NCBI GenBank assembly: GCA_951406725.2
Contig: OX597818.1
Coordinates: forward strand, 15,190,001 to 15,254,000
Reading direction: 5' to 3'
Length of the DNA: 64,000 nucleotides
Origin: Octopus vulgaris
Lineage: Eukaryota
Shown here: positions 53,959-64,000 of the stretch, in pieces
Position numbering within the stretch: position 1 is the first letter of the stretch
Layout: each line of letters opens with the position of its first letter
Notes under the pieces: model-generated
The model's database searches: none
Told to the model about the DNA's origin: nothing
The model's input: the letters and a program-made list of their open reading frames with translations, nothing else
Translations under genes and position numbers: made by a program

Positions 53959-54094
53959 GAAATATGACTTTGAAACAGAGGATCTGATATTTTTTAAGAA
54001 CAAGTTACTTAGTGTGGACAACAGCCTAGTATTGGGGATAAAGGAGCAAACACTAAAGGAGCAAGAGACAACACCAGCTACTGCTGCTCCAAAG
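53959..54094 (+). CDS. CFAP44: CFAP44 exon 13 ([15 protein letters not shown]...AAPK); gene continues past the window
   Basis: aatag acceptor, gtattt donor, 136 nt, phase 2 to 0. Confidence 0.82.
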
Positions 54095-54127
54095 GTATTT
54101 GTAATCAACTACTACGAACACTTTGTG

Positions 54128-54504
<377 letters not shown>

Positions 54505-54735
54505 CTTTTATCTTTTATTTGTTTCAGTCATTAGACCGTGGCCATGATGGAGCACCACTTTGAAGAATATTTTAGTTGAATGAATCATTCTCAGTACTTA
54601 TTCTATTAGTGTGTTTTGCCAAACTGCTAAATTACAGGGATGTAAACAACCCAACATCAGTTCTGAAGTGGTAGTGAGGACAAACATAGTCACAAAGACA
54701 CACATATGCACATGCACGCACACACACACACACAC

Positions 54736-54785
<50 letters not shown>

Positions 54786-55234
54786 GCGACAGGCTTCTTT
54801 CAGTTTCTCTCTACCAAATCCACTCACAAGGCTTTGATCAACCTAAGGTTATAGTAGAAGACACTTGTTGCCCAAGGTGCCACACAGTGGAACTGAACCC
54901 AGAACCATGTGGTTGGAAAGTAGGATTCTTACTACACAGCCATGCTTGTGCTTATATCTATATTTACTAACTCCTACAGTCAATAATGAATGGCTATATA
55001 CACACACACACATATACAAAGATTAGGTCAGTTAAAATATGTTTGTGACATATTTTAACTGCTAAAAGGCAAATTCACTGCAGTTACCTATGTGTGTGTG
55101 TGCATGTGTGCGTGTGTATGTATGCATGTGCGTGTGTATGTATGCATGTATGTGTGTATATGTATGTTTGCAAGTGTTTGTGTGTGTGTGAGTGTGTATA
55201 TATATATATATATATACACACACTTATATATATA

Positions 55235-58200
55235 CTAGCAGAATTGCCCGGCGTTGCTCGGGGCTGAATTGCTTGAAAGTACTGTTAATGATTGCACTGA
55301 ATTATGATGATTATTCAGGCAAATATTGATATAAGTTTACGGCGAATGAATGTATTTGTAAGTGTATAGAAAGCCGTGTAAAGGAGTTCCTACCCCCTCG
55401 TAGAATGGTGTAAGAATTGAATGCGAGGTTGCCTTGAAAAGAGCCATGTTATTGTTCTCATAATTATAAGAATTTGATATTCGTGGAAGGTGATGTAAAA
55501 CGTTCGCAGGTGAATAGGGTCTCTTCGTTTTGCACGAACGGCAGCGGATGTGCTGTTACAAAACTTCATGCTGTGTTAAAAGAGAGTGGATTTCCTATGT
55601 AGGCAAGAGACAGGCCCAAAAACCTGCCCTTTTTTAATTAAATGAATGAGCTTAGCCAGTTTCTGCCTGAAAACCCTTGCAATAATATCATGGCGATGAC
55701 AGTACTGCTGCCCTGGGAGAAGTTCTCGCGTTACCTCAACCCACTTTGGGTTACATGTAAAGGTAATGAATAAATCGGGTCGCCCATAATGCCAAACGTA
55801 AGTCATAGCGTCTTGTGTTCGCTCGTGCATGTACCATGGGCCCCTGTATAGGTTGAGGGGAGAATGCACATTTTGCCGATATTGTGGCCGTCAGTGTCAT
55901 TCCTGATGCCATCACGCAAATGGATGTAGGAGTCTGAGCGCAGCTGCTTCTGATTCAATTTGATAAAGCACAGTCTCTCGGACTCCATCTTTGCAGCCAT
56001 GTCAACTGCAAACTGGTGAAACAGTTCCCGTGATCTGTGCAGGGGGTTGAAATCATTATGCCTTGTCATGAAGCGGTATGAGTAAAATGCCATACATGAA
56101 ACGGTTTTAGATGTCGCAGCCGAGAGCTCGTTTGGTTTGTGGTGAGGAATGCCGAAATGGTACCCGTCTTCTCCATACGGAAAAAGAAGGAGATACGTCT
56201 CATTAATACGCTGAAGACCACTGTCGCAGCTTTGAAGAACTATGTCTCGCTGCTTGTGCTGTTCACCATGGAGAACTATGGCCACTTCATTGCACGAAGG
56301 AGCGTTATATCGGCACGCGTGCTCCCCATGGTGAATGTTGGTGAAGGGGCTGTTTCCAAGGTATATTTGAAACTGCGAATATAGCTGTTGTGGTCATGAA
56401 GCATGTTTTGCAGAGTGAGCAGCACGTCCCTGTCGAAATTGTCAGCATCAGTGTTTGCAGGTTGTGGAATTACGTTGAAACGCAAATCAAGTTGCCTATT
56501 GTAATTTGTAATGAAATAAATTTGAAGGAACGAAGGTTTGCAATTTTGTAGTGGCTGTAGTGACCCAATAAGGTGGTACACCTGGCCCTGGACCTTGAAA
56601 GTAGGCATCCAACCAGTTTCTCTGACAATGTTAGCCCCGAAAGAAGTCATCTGAAATGCACAATTGTACTTCGTGATGAGTTGAAGGAATTTTGATGACC
56701 TTGAGGTGGAACCAGTAAGTAATTCCTTCAAAGGGTCTGGCAGCTCCCGAATAGGGGGCAAGCTGACCTTACCGTTTAAGCAGCACATCGCAGGTGGTTC
56801 CCCAGCCCACTTTTTAGCAATGCAGAATTGGCAATTGACGCACATTTCCCCAATATTTATGTCAGCGTGCATCGAGTAATTGAAGTTGGGCTCATACTTG
56901 AAAGCCCGTAGATGCCAGTAAGGGCTGTTTGGACTCGTCAGACCGTGGCGTCGACTCTTCTGCTGGAATGTAGAACGTTGCTGGTCTGAGTCGTGGGAAT
57001 GTGTCGAAAATGTTGAAACAGCAGTAGCCGCAGCGTTTGTAGCCAGTTGAGTGGCCCTTTGTTGTGGGTCCTCTGAAGCCCCTTGTGCAGCAACAGCAGA
57101 AGCCTTTATGGCGCTACGCTTCGACCTTGTTTCCGGACCGTCTGAAGCCATAGAAGCAGCATCGTATGAAGCCATTTTTGCTAGGCATGCGTTGCGCTGT
57201 TGTAAATTTTCAGCAGCTCATGATTGCACTGAACGTAAGGCGCTCTGTGAAAGTCTGAAAGCGTTTTTGTCGGAGGACTCGTTTGCGATAATCGCCTTTT
57301 GCGCCGCTGCTGCTGCAGTATGGCGGCCAAGGCGACTTCTCTTTTTCGGTGGCATTTTATGTGAAAAAGAAAGTGTGAAAGTTACTTAAAGATAGAAATT
57401 GTAATGTGAATGAAATGTGGAAAAATGTAAACCGTGGAAGGAAAAGAAAGAAATATTTGCAGCTGAAAGAAATTTTTTATGCAAGTATAGCGACAGAGTG
57501 TGTAAAATGTATTGAAATTTGAGTTAAAAGCAAGAAAATAAAGTTAGATTTGCAAGAATGGAAATAGTTTACGTACATGTTCGAAATGTGAAGTGTTTTA
57601 GTTGTTTAATCAAATATTTGCGTAAAGTGTATAGAAACGTAAATTGAAAAAGAAAATGAATTGAAATTTTTAAGAAAGGAATTTGTTTACATACATGTGT
57701 CAAATGGCAAATGTTTGTGCAGTTGTCTGAAATGGAACCAGGGTAAATGTGTGGAACTGATGTATTATAATGAATAGTCCTTCTTGAACTGAAAACCAGT
57801 GGTGTAGCATATAAGACCATAGGGGATCTTCTTCTAGCAAAAAGGGATAACCAGTCTGAATGGCTCATCCCTGTCACACACACACACAGACACACACACA
57901 CTCACACACACACACGCACACACACACACGCACACACACACACACGTTAGCTTACAATTTCTTTCAACAATTGACACTGTCGTATATATTTGCTTGTGTA
58001 TGTGTGTAAAGAGGAAGTGGGAGTAATAGGCAGAGTAAAGGCTTTGAAGTGAAAGAGTGAAATGGTAAAATATTGAGTTTTGTCGAATTTTTTCTTAAAT
58101 GGGGGTCAAATTGAAAGAAATTTTGTATGGCATGACCGAATGGAAGTACTTGGAAAAATCATAGGTAAACTCTAATTGAAGAAATTGTGTGATGTATTTA

Positions 58201-58607
58201 TTTGTTTTTGTTTGCTGTTTTTTTTTTGAGTAGTGGTTTAAGGTACACTTGCAAAGAGAAAGTAGGAGAAATTAGGGTGATAGCATGAGTGAAGCAGTTC
58301 ATCCCTGTTATATAAAAAGTTTCACTTTAATTGTTGCACACTTGCAAAGAGAAAGTAGCAGAAAGTGTGGTGGTAATGGTATGAGTGAAGCAGTTAAAAT
58401 GAAAGAGGGAAATCTAAAAATATTGAGTTTTCTCGAATTTTTGCTTAAATGGGGGTGAAATTGGAAAAACTGTACCTGCCACGACCCGATGGATTCTACT
58501 CGTAAAAATGATAGGTAAATTCTAATTGAAGAAATTCCATATTGTAGATTTGTATAAAAAACAAACGGTTTGGGAGGCAGATAAAATCTGCCTTTTATAA
58601 TAAGAGA
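55235..58607 (-). mobile_element. Internally deleted Helitron (3373 bp) with both termini intact
   Basis: - strand A|TCTCTTATTATAAAA ... CCCG-agcaacgc-CGGG hairpin ... CTAG|T; AT target site; Rep motif YGRPDLFITFTCNPKW. Confidence 0.92.
55600..57355 (-). pseudogene. Helitron Rep/helicase N-terminal half (zinc finger + Rep motif 1); helicase domain absent
   Basis: MPPKKRSRLGR start; CQFC...CCLNGKV; YNCAFQMTSFGA; FKVQGQVYHLIGSL; one stop and two frameshifts. Confidence 0.88.
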
Positions 58608-58781
58608 TACACATATATAGGTGCCATCAAAGCTTACTTCCTAGCCACATGGTTCTGGGTTCAATCCCATTGCATACCACCTTGTCTTCTTCTATAGCCT
58701 TGGCTAACCAAAACCTCATGAGTGGTCTTGATAGATAGAAACTGAAAGAAGCTATCATATGTATTTGTGTGTGTGTATATG

Positions 58782-58880
<99 letters not shown>

Positions 58881-58881
58881 T

Positions 58882-58964
<83 letters not shown>

Positions 58965-58970
<6 letters not shown>

Positions 58971-59610
58971 CATTATATAATTAGGGCTTAGTAAAATAAA
59001 TTACTTTGCCACATACTGAACTTAGTAGAAATAGCAGCCAAAAAAATTTTCTTAGCATTTCTACTACTTAAAGAAAATTTCTCTCAGATAATGTTTACTC
59101 TAGACAGCTCACGAAGGTTTGGGGGTAAATACAGAAAAATATCACAAGTACATAGATCGTTTGAGTACGTCAACGTTTCAAGATTAGCCAAATAAATCAG
59201 CATTTCTTTCGTCAGCTCAAAATTTCTTAATTTGGATTTGGAAACACTAAAAAGAAGGAACTTTACCTATCAGCGAACTTGTCGCTTCAGATGAACCACT
59301 CCAACTAAACAGTGTCAACAAATTCAAACGATCTATGTACTTGTGATATTTTTCTGTATTTACCCCCAAACCTTCGTGAGCTGTCTAGAGTAAACATTAT
59401 CTGAGAGAAATTTTCTTTAAGTAGTAGAAATGCTAAGAAAATTTTTTTTTTTTTGGCTGCTATTTCTACTAAGTTCAGTATGTGGCAAAGTAATTTATTT
59501 TACTAAGCCCTAATTATATAATGTAATATTTTGAATTCGCCTTAAATGGTCCTTTTACATACTGAATACTTGGTGAAATTGATTATTTAATTAATTTTAC
59601 CCTCAATTGT

Positions 59611-59612
<2 letters not shown>
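58965..59612. mobile_element. Young fold-back element between (TA)n tracts (arms 58965-59164 / 59324-59529)
   Basis: Arms appear identical except for poly(A/T) run length. Confidence 0.9.
59160..59221 (-). ncRNA. Type-I hammerhead ribozyme motif with complete core
   Basis: TTTGAG-CTGACGA-AAGA-aat-GCTGA-tttat-TTGGC-taa-TCTT-GAAA-CGT-tg-ACG-TA^CTCAAA. Confidence 0.8.
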
Positions 59613-60545
<933 letters not shown>

Positions 60546-60548
60546 TAC

Positions 60549-63427
60549 TAATCCTTAAATCCTTAAAAATGTTTTAGCCCGAAGGCCGCGGCCATGCTGG
60601 GGCACCACCGCTGAATGAGCCACACTAGTTTGTGAATCCACCTCTGATACGTGGCACTTGATCAACAAGGGAGTTCGATGCTGCTGCCCGCATCCGTGTC
60701 TCCTGTCGTGAGGTAGGTTCATCTGGGACTCCCAACAAGAAGAGATCCAGTTTAGTTTTAAAGAAACCCACATCCACACCATGTAAGTCTCTCAGGCATT
60801 TAGGGAGGATGTTGAAAAGCTGTGGTCCTCTGAAACCCAAGCTGTTGCAGTATCTGGACCTGTATTTTGATGGTGATGTTGGAATCCTTGGCACCACGCA
60901 GCGGCGCCCGTTCTGCGGTTGGAGTAACTTTGAATGCCAAAGTTTGGGACAAGACCCTCCAGGATTTTCCAGATGTATATTACTGCATATCTCTCCCGCC
61001 TCCGCTCCAGGGAGAAGAGGTTTAATACCTTCAGTCTTTCCCAGTAGCTGACATTTTGCATTGAGACGATTTTCTTTGTGTAGCTTCTCTGAGTTGCTTC
61101 GAGTTCTGCTGTTTGTTTTATATTGTGTGGTGACCAAAGTTGGGAGCAGTAGTCCAAGCGGCTGAGGACAAATGTTTTCCATAGGACCATCAGTGTCTCC
61201 TTCTCTCTTGTTCTGAAAGTTCGGAGAATCCATCCAGCTAGCCGTCTGCATTTTATCACCAGATTAGCAATATGCATTTGGAAAGATGCATCATTGCTCA
61301 TGTCAATGCCCAGGTCACGCACTGATTTTGACTCAGGGATTGCAATTCTTCCTGGGCCAGTGTATCCAGTCTTCACGTCATTTACCTTTGTGTGCCAGTA
61401 GCGCAGGGCCTGGAACTTACCTGCATTAAACTGCATGTTGTTGTCCTCAGCCCACCTGTATATTGTGTCCAGCTCATGTTGCAGATGCGCAATATTTTCA
61501 GGGTTCTGTATTGCGTGGGAGACCTTTGTGTCATCTGCATAGCTAGCAAGGGTGGTCATCGTAGCAACTGAAGGCATGTCTGAAAGGGCCACTATGAACA
61601 TCAGTGGCCCCAAGACAGTGCCCTGTGGGACACCGCTTGTTATTTGCGTTTCCCTGGAGGTGGCTCCATTGCTCACAACTCCCTGTTTTCTGTCTTTTAG
61701 GAAGTTGTGCAGCCACTCTCCAAGTTTCCCGCCTATGCCGAGACCACGCAGTTTGTGACAGATCATACCATGGTCGACTTTATCAAAGGCTTTTGCAAAG
61801 TCAAGATATATTACATCCACATTTGAGCCATTTAGTAGCTGTTTTCAACACCCAGTCATAGTGTTGCAGGAGCTGTGTTAGGCAGCCTCTACCTGGTCGA
61901 AATCCATGCTGGGTGTCAGACAGTAAGTCATTTTCTTCAAGGAACATGATTAGTTTCTTACGGACTATTCGTTCCATGACTTTGCTGATGTGTGAGGTCA
62001 GAGAGATAGGCCTATAATTTTTAGCATCTGCTCTGCTACCTCCCTTATGGATAGGGCATATTACCCCCTCTTTCAGTTTGACTGGGAGCTTACCACTTGC
62101 AAGAAAGCTCTGAAAAAGAAGCTGTAGCGGTTTTGCAAGGGCTCGTTTGCACGATTTGAGAAGGATCGCTGGGAATCCATCAGGTCCAGCAGCTGAGTTT
62201 GTGTCAATCTCATCAATGGCTAGTGTGATATCATCTTCTTCGATGTTGATGTACTCAATTTTTGTCTCTTTGGCCGCTGGTAAAGTGGCAAAGAATTCTT
62301 CTGGGTTGTTTACTTGCCTGTGTCCTAGAGGTGTAGTGAATACACTTTGGAACTGTTCGTTCAGTATTTCACTTATCCTCGTGGGATTTCCTGTGAGAGA
62401 GCCATCTTTTTGGAAGAGAGGTCCTATTCTCTGGTGCACTGTGGCTGTCTCTTTGGCAAACTTAAAGAAAGCTTTAGGGTTTGATTTTATATTTTCTATT
62501 ACCCAAGCTTCTTTATCTTCTCTCCTTTTCATGGGACTGATGTAGACTTTTCTCAGTTTCCATTAGCATTCTTTCGAGCCGAGACTTCTCACCACTTTTG
62601 GTGTGCTTGCTCAGGCGGTTTGCAATCCTTGTCCGTCGTCTCATAAGAATCCTCCTTTCTCTAGGGATCCTGTTTTTATTCTTGTGTGTGCTGGCCCTGC
62701 ACATTGGGACATATTTGTCACATATGGCTTGTATTATGGACATGAAGTGTTTGTGTTTCATGTTTATGTCCGGTGTGGAGAGACATTCAGGCCAATCCTG
62801 TTTGAGGATCTCTTTCTCAATCGACTTCCAGTTGGCTTTATGAAAGTTTAAGTTGGAGAGATATAGGCTGTGTGTCTGCGGGGGCTTTTGTTCCATACGT
62901 AGACAGCTCTATTATGTTGTGATCCGAGATCATTGTCGGCATCACATTAACATTATGGATAATATCCATATTGTTTGTAAAGCAGAGATCCAGTATATTA
63001 TCTGCCCTTGTTGGTTGCAGAACTATTTGCTCCATGAAAGAGGTATTTGTGAGATGGAGCAGGGACTCCACCTGTGCCTGCTGATGGTGTGTCATCCCTG
63101 GGAGCATCTGCCCCCAGGCCATTCCACATTGGGGAGGTTAAAGTCACCCATGAAGAATACACTGTTGTGCTGTTCAAGGTTGGTGAGGACTTCTCCTATT
63201 TTTGTTAGGCAGTCTTCAAACATGCCTGAGTGTTTTGGGGCGTCTGGTGGGCGATATGTAGTGCATATGACGATATTCAGTTGTCTTATGTGTACAATTT
63301 GAGTTTCACATACTGAGTTTGAATATGACAGCAGGACCTGGGGCGTGAGGTCATCTCGGATGTACATTGCAACTCCACCATGGCTCCTCCCTTTTCTATC
63401 TGTGCGTATGATATATTGCGGCATGTG
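60549..63427 (-). mobile_element. CR1/L2-group LINE ORF2 (APE + RT), 5'-truncated, short taaggat tail
   Basis: YRPP, MGDFNLP, SDHN, NYRPISLTS, YLDFAKAFDKVDH, GVPQGTVLGP, YADDTK; several frameshifts. Confidence 0.9.
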
Positions 63428-63550
63428 TATTTCTTATACCTATATCGGGTTCAAGATGCAATTGTTTGTTTGTATTCCACCTGCCTTTGTCTTTTATTTA
63501 TTTCCGTAAACCTGCCTTCGTCTTTTGTCTATTTTCATAAAGCTTCCCGT

Positions 63551-63585
<35 letters not shown>

Positions 63586-63591
63586 ATATAT

Positions 63592-64000
63592 ATCAGGTCA
63601 TTAAGAATGAAATGTTCAATTTTGAACTAAAAATTTATTTTATTTTATCTCAACAAAAAGCAATGCAGTTAATCAAAGCATGCACCTAAATTATCAACAC
63701 AATTTTGCCATTCTATCGGTAGCTTATTTATGCTGGCAGTGAAGAATTCTGGAGAGCAAAAGGTGTTGAAATCATGAAAGGCTGTTTTTGCATCTTCTTC
63801 AGATTTTTAGTTTTTACCTTGCAAAATGTTGTCTAATACCTGGAAAACATGATAGCCAGTTGGTGCAAGGTCTGATGAATATGGTGAATGACAGACTATT
63901 TCCAAATTCAGGTCTTGTAACTTGAGTGTGTTTTTTGTGCAACATGTGGTTGAGCATTGTCTCTGTTGACCAATCTCAGTTGTTTAATTGCAAGTTCACT
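63592..64000 (-). mobile_element. Probable mariner-like relic running off the window
   Basis: Starts at TA after a microsatellite; decayed transposase-like 3' sequence. Confidence 0.4.

Noticed and set aside
57051-57389. + strand ORFs opposite the Helitron and LINE ORFs (also 41245-41706, 62147-62545)
   Set aside because: Antisense shadows of transposon coding sequence.

Overview
AT-rich, microsatellite-dense eukaryotic DNA, most likely an Octopus (coleoid cephalopod) genome, inferred from the SINE/LINE repertoire. The only host gene is a mid-gene stretch of CFAP44/WDR52 on the + strand: 13 GT-AG exons with consistent phases, 2013 nt or about 671 aa, with the gene running off both ends of the window. 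The introns hold tRNA-derived SINEs, RTE and CR1-like LINEs, R4/Dong-like LINEs in (TAA)n, Tc1/mariner relics, MITEs, a HINE and an internally deleted Helitron with both termini intact. The most unusual signal is a set of type-I hammerhead-ribozyme motifs in fold-back elements. One sits in the inverted terminal repeats of a decayed Penelope-like element. One is in a tRNA-headed SINE-like family found twice as inverted pairs. One is in a near-perfect 200-bp inverted repeat whose second arm starts 1 nt from the predicted self-cleavage site. All structures were read by eye; no searches or folding programs were run.
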